A stretch of DNA of 64,000 nt from assembly GCA_965262915.1 (NCBI GenBank), contig OZ253564.1:3488001-3552000 (forward strand), read 5' to 3'. The notes under the pieces are model-generated. The model did no database searches. It saw nothing but the letters and a program-made list of their open reading frames with translations, and was not told where the DNA came from. Shown piece by piece: positions 48,223 through 58,026 of the stretch (its first letter is position 1; each line of letters starts with the position of its first letter). Made by a program: the position numbers and the translations under genes. Source of the stretch: Candidatus Spongiisociaceae bacterium. GTDB lineage: Bacteria; Actinomycetota; Acidimicrobiia; Spongiisociales; Spongiisociaceae.

Positions 48223-48788
48223 GCAGACACCCGATGAAACAAGACCCGGATACGACCTTATGGATGTCACGTATGCAAGACACCCTCCGTCACCTCGAGG
48301 ACTTGCAGCACGATACATACGAAGGCGCCCAGTCACGGACAGACAGGGAGATCATCTTTCGACGCGCTTTCGAGCTCGTAACACCGGTCGCAGTACGCGT
48401 TCTCAGCGATATCAACGAGTGGTTACTCGGGGGGGAAGGCACCATCGAGACGAAGCCGCCTCACGACGACAAGGCAAGAGGGCTAAAGGGCGAGTGGACG
48501 ATCACATGGCCCCGACTGGAGAGCGCCATCAACAAGTACACCGGGCTGGGTCTTGATCCCGTTCGCCTCATTGCTGTGTTCCCCGCCGGATGGACCCACG
48601 GCCACTTCGAGCGCCCGCACGCCGGTTTTCCCGCCGATGTAACCGCTTGGCCCATGCAAATCACGACAGAAGAGGATGCGGAGCGACAGGAACCGGTCCT
48701 CCGAGTGATCGCGGAGACAGAGCTTCACGAGCGGATCTACCAGGCATCCGGAGATTGGCGGCTAACGCTACCGTTGTCCGAGTCATGA
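48219..48788 (+). CDS. Hypothetical protein
   Basis: ATGA-coupled within the operon, coding-like composition; no family recognised. Confidence 0.7.
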   Translation: MSRHPMKQDPDTTLWMSRMQDTLRHLEDLQHDTYEGAQSRTDREIIFRRAFELVTPVAVRVLSDINEWLLGGEGTIETKPPHDDKARGLKGEWTITWPRLESAINKYTGLGLDPVRLIAVFPAGWTHGHFERPHAGFPADVTAWPMQITTEEDAERQEPVLRVIAETELHERIYQASGDWRLTLPLSES

Positions 48789-48805
48789 CCAGATAGGAGT
48801 TCGTC

Positions 48806-49219
48806 GTGAAGGTGTGGAACAACGGGGCCAAAGTACGGGATATAGATCGTGAGATCGCGTTCTTCGAGGCAATGGGCGGCTCCGTCGTGCTCGACGAGGA
48901 ATTCGAGTGGGACAGGGAGCGGGTCCGGGTCCCGTTGCTTCGAGTGGGCGACAAGTACCTCCACATCATGAAACGCATGGTGTACGAGAACCAACTCGCT
49001 GCACCACTCGCACACGGACTGCAGCACATCGTGTACGAGGTGGACTCCCTTGAGGACTACCGGGAGCGTGCACTGCGCGCCGGCGCGAGCGAGACCATGC
49101 CGGTCAAGCACGTCGAAGCCGGCTTCGGCGAGCGTGACGTCGGCTTCTTCACCTCCCCGGGCGGCATCAGGTTCGAGCTCATCCAGGTATACGAGCACCG
49201 CGTTCCCGAGCTGCCATGA
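48806..49219 (+). CDS. VOC/glyoxalase family protein
   Basis: GLQHIVYEVD and FFTSPGGIRFEL motifs. Confidence 0.8.
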   Translation: MKVWNNGAKVRDIDREIAFFEAMGGSVVLDEEFEWDRERVRVPLLRVGDKYLHIMKRMVYENQLAAPLAHGLQHIVYEVDSLEDYRERALRAGASETMPVKHVEAGFGERDVGFFTSPGGIRFELIQVYEHRVPELP

Positions 49220-50427
49220 CCGGTAGTACCACCGAACGCCGGGGCTTACCCCGCATCGGGATTGTCGGAACCGGCGTGGCGGCCATGCTCATCCACATCC
49301 CCGCTATCCGGGACAGCGACCACTTCCGGCTCGAGGCCGTCTGTGACTCCGATCCGTCGCGGCTGGCATCTACGCCGGGGACGCATCTGCGCAGGTATGG
49401 CTCCGTCGCTGACATGGCGGACGATCCGGACATCGATGCCGTGGTCGTATGTACACCCCCCGACACTCACTTCGATATCGCCGTCCGCATCATCGCGGGG
49501 GGAAAGCACGTTCTCATGGAGAAGCCGATGACGAAAACGGCCGACGAGGCCGCCGAACTGGCGCGTCGTGCCCGGGCCGCCGGTGTCGAGCTGCGGGTTG
49601 CGCACGAGCGTCGCTTCCAACCTACTTGCGAGCGAATCCGCGAACTCCTCGAGGAAGGATTGATCGGAACCCCCTTCTACTGTGGCGTTCACTGGGCAAC
49701 GAACGTGAAGCTCGATCCGGATCGCTTCATCCCCGAAGATGCCGGTGGCGCCTTTCGCGCGGGGTACCGCTGGCGATGGTCGAGTCCGTACAGCGGCGGA
49801 GGGGTGCTCCAGGACCACATCCCGCACTACGTGGACCTGATGCGTGACTGGACAGGTCAGCAGCCGATCGCGGTGATGGCCGACACGAAGAACGTTGCTC
49901 GCGACCTCCACGGCTGGTCGCCGGACGACTCGCGATGGGAGGACATGGGAGTCGCTCTCATCCGGTTCTCGGCCGGCCTGACTCTCCGCCTCGAGTGCTC
50001 CGTGGTCGGGAGGGTGCTCTCACCGCTGTGGGGTGCAACAACCGGGATCGGCGAGTGGTCAGAATGGGGCTACATCATGGGCAGCGAGGGCCAGTTGGTC
50101 TTCGACTTCCTGTCGCTCCACGCGTCCGAGCAGGGAAAGATCGCGGTGTGGCGCTCGTCGACCGCAGGCCCCGGCGGTACCGGATGGACGATGATCGAAC
50201 AGCCTGAGCCTGACCGAGTCCGAGGGTCTGCGCCGAGCGGAGCAGCCAAGGACATGTTCGTCGGCCAGGTTCGGGAGTTCGCGAGGGCCATCAGAGGCGA
50301 ACCCAACCGATCACCCGATGCCTACGACGGCGGAATCTGCGTCGCCGTGATCGAGGCCGCCTACCAGGCAGCGGAGACCGACCGCACCGTCGAGATCGGC
50401 TTCACCATCCCGGGAGGAGACAGATGA
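49216..50427 (+). CDS. Gfo/Idh/MocA oxidoreductase
   Basis: GIVGTG, MEKP and GGGVLQDHIPH motifs. Confidence 0.88.
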   Translation: MTGSTTERRGLPRIGIVGTGVAAMLIHIPAIRDSDHFRLEAVCDSDPSRLASTPGTHLRRYGSVADMADDPDIDAVVVCTPPDTHFDIAVRIIAGGKHVLMEKPMTKTADEAAELARRARAAGVELRVAHERRFQPTCERIRELLEEGLIGTPFYCGVHWATNVKLDPDRFIPEDAGGAFRAGYRWRWSSPYSGGGVLQDHIPHYVDLMRDWTGQQPIAVMADTKNVARDLHGWSPDDSRWEDMGVALIRFSAGLTLRLECSVVGRVLSPLWGATTGIGEWSEWGYIMGSEGQLVFDFLSLHASEQGKIAVWRSSTAGPGGTGWTMIEQPEPDRVRGSAPSGAAKDMFVGQVREFARAIRGEPNRSPDAYDGGICVAVIEAAYQAAETDRTVEIGFTIPGGDR

Positions 50428-51350
50428 CTGCCACGCCCATGCTCAAGGACCTTCTGGGACGAGGAAAGCCCGTCTGGATCATGGGCGCCCACGATGTGGT
50501 CTCCGCCAAGATCGTCGAGGATGCCGGGTTCGACGCCGTTGGAATCCAGTCTCTGCAGCTCGCCATGGTCGACGGCCTGCCCGATATCGGATTGATCACG
50601 CCGGCCTACGTTGTCGATCTTTGTCGCCGCGTGCGCCGCGCCGTCGACATCCCGATCGTCGTCGACTTCGAACAGGGCTTCGGGGAGCCATACGCTGCGG
50701 TCCATTGGATGAAGGAGTTCGAAGCTGCCGGAGTCTCAGCAGTGCACATCGACGACTACGGCCTCCCGTACAAATGCACCTTCTTCCCCCCGCACACCAT
50801 GGGTCTGGAGTCCGTGGACGAAACGGCGGCCAAGATCCGGGCGATGGTGTCAGAGCGGTCCAACCCGGACTTCATGGTCATCGGTCGTCCCGGCACCTAC
50901 GTCGCCACCGTCCACGACAACGAAGAGGAACGGCGTCGCGATTGGCTGGTGCGTGCCGAGCGTTACTTGGAAGCAGGGTCGGACGCCCTGTTCGCCATCT
51001 GCCCGACCGTGGAGTCGGCCAGGTATTTCAGGCAGGCAGTGGACGCACCCCTGATGACGATCAGAACGCTCGGCACCGAGATGCACGACGAGATATTCCA
51101 CTACGAAGAGCCAATCGTCGGGTTGTCGATCGACGAGATATACCGGCTGGGCTACGAGATGTTCATCGAGCCGACGACACTGCTCGGCCCGGCGATCAAC
51201 GCTATGGTCGCGGCGGCCGCCTCGGTCAAGGCAACAGGTCGGTCGGCTTCGGTGTCGGAAGAGCACGGCGAGTTGCAAGAGTTGCTGACACGATGGGCCG
51301 ATGCCTCAACCCTGGCTCGATTCACCCGCCAGTACTACGCAGACGTTTGA
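50424..51350 (+). CDS. Isocitrate lyase/PEP mutase superfamily protein
   Basis: GAHD..SA, GLPDIG, VDFEQGFG and HIDD..PYKC motifs. Confidence 0.87.
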   Translation: MTATPMLKDLLGRGKPVWIMGAHDVVSAKIVEDAGFDAVGIQSLQLAMVDGLPDIGLITPAYVVDLCRRVRRAVDIPIVVDFEQGFGEPYAAVHWMKEFEAAGVSAVHIDDYGLPYKCTFFPPHTMGLESVDETAAKIRAMVSERSNPDFMVIGRPGTYVATVHDNEEERRRDWLVRAERYLEAGSDALFAICPTVESARYFRQAVDAPLMTIRTLGTEMHDEIFHYEEPIVGLSIDEIYRLGYEMFIEPTTLLGPAINAMVAAAASVKATGRSASVSEEHGELQELLTRWADASTLARFTRQYYADV

Positions 51351-51395
51351 GCAGCAGCGGCTCGGCCGAAGGCAGCGAATCGGTCAGGAAGGGCT

Positions 51396-52199
51396 ATGGA
51401 TACAGGATTAGCTGGTAAAGCGGCACTGGTCACCGGTGGCGGAACCGGGATCGGGCTGGCAATCGCTTCGGCCCTGGCGGACGAGGGCGTGGACGTGGCC
51501 GTGGTGAGTCGCACCAACCGGCCGGAGGCTCTGGAGCTACTACGCGAGAAGGGGGTCCGTGCTTCCTGGTTCGGGACTGATGTAAGCAGCGAGGCCGACA
51601 TCGTCTCCAGCGTTGCTTCGATCGTCGCCGGCTTCGGGCGTATCGATCTGATCGTCAGCAACGCTGCGCACACCCACCACGAGCCGATCACCCGCATAAC
51701 TGCCGACAACTGGGAGACCACCCTGGGCACGAATCTGTCGGGGTGCGTGTTTCTGTGTCGCGAGGCACTGCGCCACATGATTCCTGCCGGTCGGGGTAGC
51801 GTCCTTGTCATAGGCTCCACAGCGGCCCATGTCCCATTGTACAAGGAGTCGGCGTACCGAGCGTCGAAGGCGGGACTCAAGGCCATCGTCGAAGTCATGG
51901 CGGTCGAGACCGCACCTTATGGCATCCGGGTGAACCTTCTCACCCCGGGCGCGTTTCCTACCGCGCTGCTCAAGGATCTCCCCGGTAGCCAAATCGACGG
52001 CAGATATTTCCCGATGGGTCGAATGGGACGGTTCGAGGAAATCGGAGCGGCGGCCGTCTTCCTCCTCTCCGACACTCTCAGCGGCTACACGACAGGCGCA
52101 GAGTTGGTCGTCGACGGCGGGTACCGACTCAGACCGATGGACCTGTACAGCACCGACGAGCTACGGGAACTCAACGCCGGTGATCTGCCGCGGACGTAG
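51396..52199 (+). CDS. Short-chain dehydrogenase/reductase
   Basis: TGGGTGIG, YRASK and VDGG motifs. Confidence 0.92.
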   Translation: MDTGLAGKAALVTGGGTGIGLAIASALADEGVDVAVVSRTNRPEALELLREKGVRASWFGTDVSSEADIVSSVASIVAGFGRIDLIVSNAAHTHHEPITRITADNWETTLGTNLSGCVFLCREALRHMIPAGRGSVLVIGSTAAHVPLYKESAYRASKAGLKAIVEVMAVETAPYGIRVNLLTPGAFPTALLKDLPGSQIDGRYFPMGRMGRFEEIGAAAVFLLSDTLSGYTTGAELVVDGGYRLRPMDLYSTDELRELNAGDLPRT

Positions 52200-52251
52200 A
52201 AGTGCTCTCTCCTGCTGTCTATGCCGAGGGGATCGCTGAAAGCTGCCTTCT

Positions 52252-52425
52252 CTAGCCGCCGTTGACGATCGCAGTGGTGACAACGACGGCTGTGGCGATT
52301 GCTGTCAGCATCGTACCGACTACCCACCGGATCAGCCTGTTTGTGGCTTGCTCGAAGCGCAATTCCGCAGTCGCCAGAACCTCCGCGGCCTTGGCATCAG
52401 CATAACCTTCGGTTGCAGCCGTCAT
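52252..52425 (-). CDS. Small protein (57 aa), paralog of 23450-23632
   Basis: MTAATEGYADAKA..RLIRWVVGT plus TM tail; GAAGGGA RBS. Confidence 0.72.
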   Translation of the reverse strand: MTAATEGYADAKAAEVLATAELRFEQATNRLIRWVVGTMLTAIATAVVVTTAIVNGG

Positions 52426-52580
52426 GCTATCGCTTCCCTTCGGTGGCTCTCTATCGTAAACTATCGGGTTGGTCATGTCAACCCTGGGCCTACCCACCGA
52501 CGAGTACTTGAGCGCGACCCGTCGGCTTTCCATCACAAGTGCCGCGCTGCGGGACGGATGTCTGACGCAGAAGGGCCTCC

Positions 52581-53543
52581 TTACGTCAGCATGCGACGGT
52601 CCGACTCGAGCTTCATCAGTTCTCGGTCACGCCACTGCAGGTGGTCTTCTCGCCCGGAGGAGGGGAACCGGACTTCGAGATCTTCTGCCACTTGCTCGAT
52701 CACTTCCACGGTCCACGGATTGTCGCTACCGCGAGCCACCGCCATGCGCGCGTAGGCCGCTCCAACAGTCCGGGCGTGAGCACGGATTCCACCCCGCGTG
52801 TTCAACTCGGCGGTCGTAAGTGGCCCGATTATTGACCAGCGGCGCCCCAGCCCCTCGGTGACCACCCGGTCGAGATCGGCGGGAGCGATCACCCCGTCCC
52901 TTACCAGGCACAGGGCTTCCCGGAGGAGCGCTCCCTGGAGCCGGTTGAACACCAGGCACTCGATCTCGCGCTGGATCGTGACCGGGACCATCCCAGCCGT
53001 CGTCAGGAGGTTGAGGACGGACTCGACCGCGTCCGGATCGGTGAACGGAGCGGGGGCGACCTCCACCACTTTGATCAGGTACGGCGGGTTGCCGGGATGC
53101 ACGAGTAGACAGCGGGCCCGCCCTTCCAGATCCGAAGCAATGTCGGAAATCGTCATGCTGGACGACGAACTGGCCAGCGTTGTTCCGGCATCGGCAAGAG
53201 AATCGAGCCGCCTGAAGAGGTCTACCTTCAGATCGAGTGATTCAGGAACGCACTCCTGTACATGTGCGGCTCCCTCGACCGCCGAACGCAGATCAGCCCC
53301 GACGCCAACCCGGGCAACGACATCCGCGGGGTCATCATCCAGGAGACCGTGGTCGTCCAACTCCGCGAGGCGCAGACCAATCTCGGAACGTATAGCTCGG
53401 CGGCGTCCGGCGTCGGGCTCGAAGATGGCGACCTCAAGGCCTGCCCGGGCGAACGTGATCGCCCAGCCGATCCCGATCTGACCGCCGCCCACGATGGCGA
53501 TCCTGTTGCCGCTGATCCCCTCCGACCGGCTGCCGGGATCCAC
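52581..53543 (-). CDS. 3-hydroxyacyl-CoA dehydrogenase family (gulonate/carnitine dehydrogenase-like)
   Basis: GGGQIG, QECVPE, ASSSS, HPGNPP and NRLQ motifs. Confidence 0.9.
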   Translation of the reverse strand: MDPGSRSEGISGNRIAIVGGGQIGIGWAITFARAGLEVAIFEPDAGRRRAIRSEIGLRLAELDDHGLLDDDPADVVARVGVGADLRSAVEGAAHVQECVPESLDLKVDLFRRLDSLADAGTTLASSSSSMTISDIASDLEGRARCLLVHPGNPPYLIKVVEVAPAPFTDPDAVESVLNLLTTAGMVPVTIQREIECLVFNRLQGALLREALCLVRDGVIAPADLDRVVTEGLGRRWSIIGPLTTAELNTRGGIRAHARTVGAAYARMAVARGSDNPWTVEVIEQVAEDLEVRFPSSGREDHLQWRDRELMKLESDRRMLT

Positions 53544-53553
53544 GTCGGTTATT

Positions 53554-54489
53554 TCACCCCAGGCCTAGCGAGACGACCAGGCCGTCGAGCTGGTCGATCA
53601 ACACCTTGATCTCCGACACCCGGCCCTGTCCTTCCGCCCCCAGCTCCGGGAAGGTCGTGAGCGGCGCCCTCACATCACCCATCGGGTGACCGACCAGCGC
53701 AGCCAGGGCCTTGGAGTAGCACTGGTGTCCGTAAGTGGGATGCCCGGCCGCGATGATGTGGTCGATCCGGTCGATCAGGCGCCAGACGGCACGAGCGTCG
53801 TCGATGCGACCCGCGTCGAGCAGCTCGAAGATGCGGCCCGAAGCCAGCGGCAGGTAGTTGCCATAGGGGTTGACGTACCCGATCGCGCCCAGCAGATAGG
53901 AGTCGACAACCCACTCCCCGGCGAACACCTTCATCCGTCCCTCGGAAACTTCTATCACCTCTCTCACGCGGGAGAGATGCATGCTCGACTCCTTGATGTA
54001 CTGGATGCTCTCCAGGTTGTTGCAGAGCCTCGCCACCAAAGCCGCCGACATGTCCACGTTCGAGGTGACGGGATTGTTGTACAGCATCACGGGAATGGAG
54101 ATCGCCTCGTCGATGGCCGCGTAGTAGTTGAAGATCTCGTCTTCGGTGGGGGTGTAGTAGTAGGGCGGGATGATCATCAGCCCGTCGGCACCCTGCGCCT
54201 CGGCCTCTCGGCTGTAGCGGACCGCGTTGGGCGTGTGGGCGTTCATGGTGCCGATGATCACGGGAATCCGACCGTTGATGTGGTTGACGTAGGTATCGAC
54301 GAGCAGGCGGCGCTCGTCGTCGTTCACCGCTAGGAACTCGCCCGTGCTGCCCAGCGCGATGACCCCCGGTACTCCGATATCCAGCTGCCAGTCGATGAAG
54401 TTCTTCAGCGCACCGACATCGATCGCCGAGCCATCCTGGGTGAAGGGAGTGACCGATACCGTGTAGCTGCCCCGAAACTCCTTGGTCAT
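53554..54489 (-). CDS. DapA/DHDPS-family aldolase-like protein
   Basis: VTPF, GSTGEF, PPYY, LYNNP and YIKES motifs. Confidence 0.92.
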   Translation of the reverse strand: MTKEFRGSYTVSVTPFTQDGSAIDVGALKNFIDWQLDIGVPGVIALGSTGEFLAVNDDERRLLVDTYVNHINGRIPVIIGTMNAHTPNAVRYSREAEAQGADGLMIIPPYYYTPTEDEIFNYYAAIDEAISIPVMLYNNPVTSNVDMSAALVARLCNNLESIQYIKESSMHLSRVREVIEVSEGRMKVFAGEWVVDSYLLGAIGYVNPYGNYLPLASGRIFELLDAGRIDDARAVWRLIDRIDHIIAAGHPTYGHQCYSKALAALVGHPMGDVRAPLTTFPELGAEGQGRVSEIKVLIDQLDGLVVSLGLG

Positions 54490-54499
54490 TGTTCCTCCA

Positions 54500-54582
54500 G
54501 TTGCCGGTTGCCGGTTGCCGTTGCCGGTTGTCCGTTGTCCGTTGTCCGTTGTCCGTTGTCCGTTGTCCGTTGTCCGTTGTCC
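54500..54582. repeat. Heptamer tandem array, about 4 x GTTGCCG then 8 x GTTGTCC
   Basis: Read directly from the sequence; abuts the GGAGG RBS of the DapA-like gene. Confidence 0.97.
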
Positions 54583-54711
54583 GTTCGACTCTAACTTACC
54601 GATTCCTTGGCCGCTCGTACCGGTTACCGGGTGCCGGCACCGGAAACGTCTCCACCATTACCAGCGATCCCCGTGAGTTGAGCAACTCGTTCCTGGAGCA
54701 CCGACCACCGA

Positions 54712-56445
54712 TCAATCAATCGAAACCGATCCGGCCACCTCGGAAATGAATACGGGACGGATCGGGGCTTGGGGGGCGAATCCCGAGAACTCGTTGACCG
54801 GGATGCCACTTGCTTCTGCGGCGAGGGCCAGGACCGAGGGGCTGCAGTACCGTCCCTGGCACTTGCCCATCCCTGCCCTTGTAAGCCGTTTCACGGCGCC
54901 GGCCGTTTGGGCTCCGCCCGTGAACGAGGTGCGTAACTCCTCGACCGAGACCGACTCGCACCTGCATACCAGCGTGGTGTCCGTCGCCAACTCGGTTGTC
55001 AGGGGGCGAGCCCGGTACAGATCCTCCAGCTGGCCCTGGAACCGTAGATGGCGGCGTAGCAGTCTGCGCGCCTCGCTGAGGGACGACGGGCTCTCCTGAG
55101 CGTGAACGACCCCTAGGTCGGCTAGGACATCGGCGCCGGCCAATGTCCCCAACGAGCCGGCTACATACGCTCCCTTGACGCCCCCGGCGTCGCCCACTAC
55201 CCACACCGTATCGATGGAGGCACGGCCGCTAACGGTCCGGGTGGTGACCAGACTCCCCGATGCCTGATCGACGTGGTGGTCGCAGCCCAGTGCCCGGGGT
55301 ATCTCGTTGGCCGGTACGAACCCGTAGCCGAGACAGACCGCGTCGGTCTCCAACTCCCGCTCTGTTCCACGTATCCGGTTGCCCGACGGATCCAGCCGCG
55401 CCACCACCGCGGCTTCGACCCTCCCGTCTCCCAGGATCTCGATCACCGAACTCCGGTCCATCACCGGTACTCTCGCCCGGGCCAGGGTCACCCGGTAGCC
55501 GAGTCCCCTGCGGACCAGCTCCGGGGCCGAGAGGAGCATGCCGGTACCCGCGCGCCCGTTCATCCACCAACGCAGGTCGGCTTGCTCGACCAGAGCCGAC
55601 ACGGTGACACCGGCCCGCACCAGTTCCGCGGCCACCTGCATGTTGAGTGGGCCGTTGCCCGACAGCAGCACCCGTTCCCCGGGCGCCACCTGGCTCGAAC
55701 GGAGCAGGGTCTGGGCAGCGCCGGTAGTCATCACTCCGGGAAGCGTCCATCCTGGTAGGGGGACCGCCCGCTCGTTGGCTCCGGTCGCCAGCACCAAGCG
55801 GTCGGGGCGGAGGATCCACGAGCATCCATCGCTCCGAGCCATGAGAAGGTCAGGACGGAAGGCGCCCCAAACCGTCACCCCACTGATGACGAGAACCCCC
55901 GAGTCCCTCACCCTCGCCGCCAGCGCCCGTCCCGCCCGGTACTGCGCGTCGAGACGTGTCTCGTCGATATCCCGATTCGAGCCGGGCTGCTTGTAGAACT
56001 GGCCCCCGAGCTTGGAACGTTCGTCCAGCAAGACGACATCGACCCCCGCCTCGGCGATGGTCGCCGCTGCTGAGAGCCCGGCTGGTCCACCCCCCACGAC
56101 CAGGACCGACGGCGAGAGCTCACGTCTCTCTCCCGTCGACAAGGTCGGATCCGGTGGCGCCGGCCTTGCCGGTTGACGGCGTACGTCCATTCCCTCCCCC
56201 ACCCCGACCATGCAGGCCAGGTGCCCAGGTGAGCCGTCGACCATCACGGCACACTCGTGGCAGGCCCCCATGCCACAGAAGACCCCCCTATGGCTCCCAT
56301 CGCCGGCCTCCCGAAGGGCTAGATGCCCGGCTGCGACCAGCGCCGCCGCAACGGTGTCACCCGCGCCCGCGTCAACGGCCTGACCCTGATATAAGAACCC
56401 GACTGTCCCGGCCGGTCGCCCCACCCCCGGAACAGCAACGCGCAC
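54712..56445 (-). CDS. Fused 2Fe-2S plus FAD/NAD(P) oxidoreductase (HcnA+HcnB / opine oxidase-like)
   Basis: FCGMGACHEC, GGGPAG, GGQF, LATGA.ER.VP.PGWTLPGV and CRCE..TRAGMGKCQGRYC motifs. Confidence 0.88.
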   Translation of the reverse strand: MRVAVPGVGRPAGTVGFLYQGQAVDAGAGDTVAAALVAAGHLALREAGDGSHRGVFCGMGACHECAVMVDGSPGHLACMVGVGEGMDVRRQPARPAPPDPTLSTGERRELSPSVLVVGGGPAGLSAAATIAEAGVDVVLLDERSKLGGQFYKQPGSNRDIDETRLDAQYRAGRALAARVRDSGVLVISGVTVWGAFRPDLLMARSDGCSWILRPDRLVLATGANERAVPLPGWTLPGVMTTGAAQTLLRSSQVAPGERVLLSGNGPLNMQVAAELVRAGVTVSALVEQADLRWWMNGRAGTGMLLSAPELVRRGLGYRVTLARARVPVMDRSSVIEILGDGRVEAAVVARLDPSGNRIRGTERELETDAVCLGYGFVPANEIPRALGCDHHVDQASGSLVTTRTVSGRASIDTVWVVGDAGGVKGAYVAGSLGTLAGADVLADLGVVHAQESPSSLSEARRLLRRHLRFQGQLEDLYRARPLTTELATDTTLVCRCESVSVEELRTSFTGGAQTAGAVKRLTRAGMGKCQGRYCSPSVLALAAEASGIPVNEFSGFAPQAPIRPVFISEVAGSVSID

Positions 56446-56481
56446 GTCGGTGCTCAGTCTCTCGGCGACCGGGTGGTCATC

Positions 56482-58026
56482 TCAGCCACCGTTCTTACGG
56501 CGGTAGGCACGCCAGGTGGTCGCCCACTTGTCCGGATCGTCAAGCCCCGACCCGACTATCCGGTGGATCGGCTGGTTGTGGGGGGAGGTCTTGACGAGAT
56601 CGGGATCGGTGCGGGCCTCCTCGCAGATGGCGGCCACCACATCGATCCAGTAGTCGAGGTCCTCGATGGACCACATCTCCCCGGCCTCCGGCGTGAACGG
56701 CTCCGGGACGAACCACGGCTCGTGGCTCATCCAGAAGGCGTCGACCCCGTAGTCGGTCATCCGGTTCGCGACATCAACTGTCGTGACGCCGGTCTCCTCG
56801 GTCAGATCCCCGAGGCTGTAGCGGGTCATCTCCATCCGGTACTTCTCGAGGTGCGGCAGCCCCTTGGTCACGCCCGAGATCTGCAGCAGGCGGGTCTCCA
56901 TATAGTTGTTGGCCAGCAACGAGAGATCGGCGCCTTCCTTGACCCCCGCCGCGCCCATCGCCCGCAGCCAGGCATAGGCCTTGACGATCACCGGGATGTT
57001 GCCCAGGTACTCGCGGACCTGCGTGCTTCCGGCGTGTCCCGGTACCTCGACCGTGTAACCGTCGTCGCCCTTTACCACCACCGGCGTGGTCAGGAAGGGG
57101 GCCAACTCGCTCGAACACCCGTAGGCGCCCACCGCGGGGCCTCCGCCTGCTTTCGGAGCTCCGAAAGTCTTGTGCAGCATCATCATGCAGGCATCGAACC
57201 CGAGTTCGCGGGCGCGGATCCTGCCCATGACCCCGTTGAAGTTGGCATGGTCGTAGAAGCAGAGCCCCCCGACCGAATGCACGATCTCGACCCACTCCTT
57301 TATGTGCGGGTTGTAGATGCCAATGTCGTCGGGGTTGTTGACCATGAGCGCCGCTGTCCGCTCCGACGCCACCGAACGGAGGGCCTCCACGGATGCATAG
57401 CCCTCCTCCTCGAGCGGGAGGGTGATTACATCGAAACCGGCCGCGGCGGCGGTCGCCGGGTTGCAGGGATGAGCCTGGGCGGTCGTGATGATCTCCCGTC
57501 GTTGAGCGAGGTCACCAGCCGCCTCGTGATAGGCGCGGGTCACCGTGGCGTGCAGGAAGGCTGCGTCGGCGCCTCCCCCCGGCTGGAAGACGAACTGGTC
57601 CATGCCGGTGAGATCGCGCAGCATACGGTCCAAGCCGTGGATTACCTCGAGTGTCCCCTGGAGGGTCTCGATGTCCTGGTCCGGGTGCGTGTCGGCCACG
57701 AACGGCAGGCGGGTCATCGCCTCGGTCAGCCGCGGGTTGTACTTCATGGTGCAGGTTCCGAAGAGGCTGATTCCCATCATCCCAAGGGTTTCCTGCGACA
57801 GGTGCAGGTAGTGACGGAGCACCTCCGGCTCGGACAGTTCCGGCAGATCGGCAGGCGTATCGCGCCGGACCGCCTCGGGCACCAGGACCGCGACATCCGC
57901 GGCAACGCCGTCGAACTCCGACTCGTCATCGGGGAACAGGACCGCGCGCCGACCCGGAGCCCCCATCTCCATCACCAGAGGCTCGTCCCAGACTGCTGTG
58001 TGGTATCTCCTCAAACCGTTGTTCAT
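56482..58026 (-). CDS. gcvPB: Glycine dehydrogenase (decarboxylating) subunit 2-like
   Basis: LPELSE..VLRHY, GTCTMKYNP and LHKTF (PLP Lys) motifs. Confidence 0.88.
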   Translation of the reverse strand: MNNGLRRYHTAVWDEPLVMEMGAPGRRAVLFPDDESEFDGVAADVAVLVPEAVRRDTPADLPELSEPEVLRHYLHLSQETLGMMGISLFGTCTMKYNPRLTEAMTRLPFVADTHPDQDIETLQGTLEVIHGLDRMLRDLTGMDQFVFQPGGGADAAFLHATVTRAYHEAAGDLAQRREIITTAQAHPCNPATAAAAGFDVITLPLEEEGYASVEALRSVASERTAALMVNNPDDIGIYNPHIKEWVEIVHSVGGLCFYDHANFNGVMGRIRARELGFDACMMMLHKTFGAPKAGGGPAVGAYGCSSELAPFLTTPVVVKGDDGYTVEVPGHAGSTQVREYLGNIPVIVKAYAWLRAMGAAGVKEGADLSLLANNYMETRLLQISGVTKGLPHLEKYRMEMTRYSLGDLTEETGVTTVDVANRMTDYGVDAFWMSHEPWFVPEPFTPEAGEMWSIEDLDYWIDVVAAICEEARTDPDLVKTSPHNQPIHRIVGSGLDDPDKWATTWRAYRRKNGG

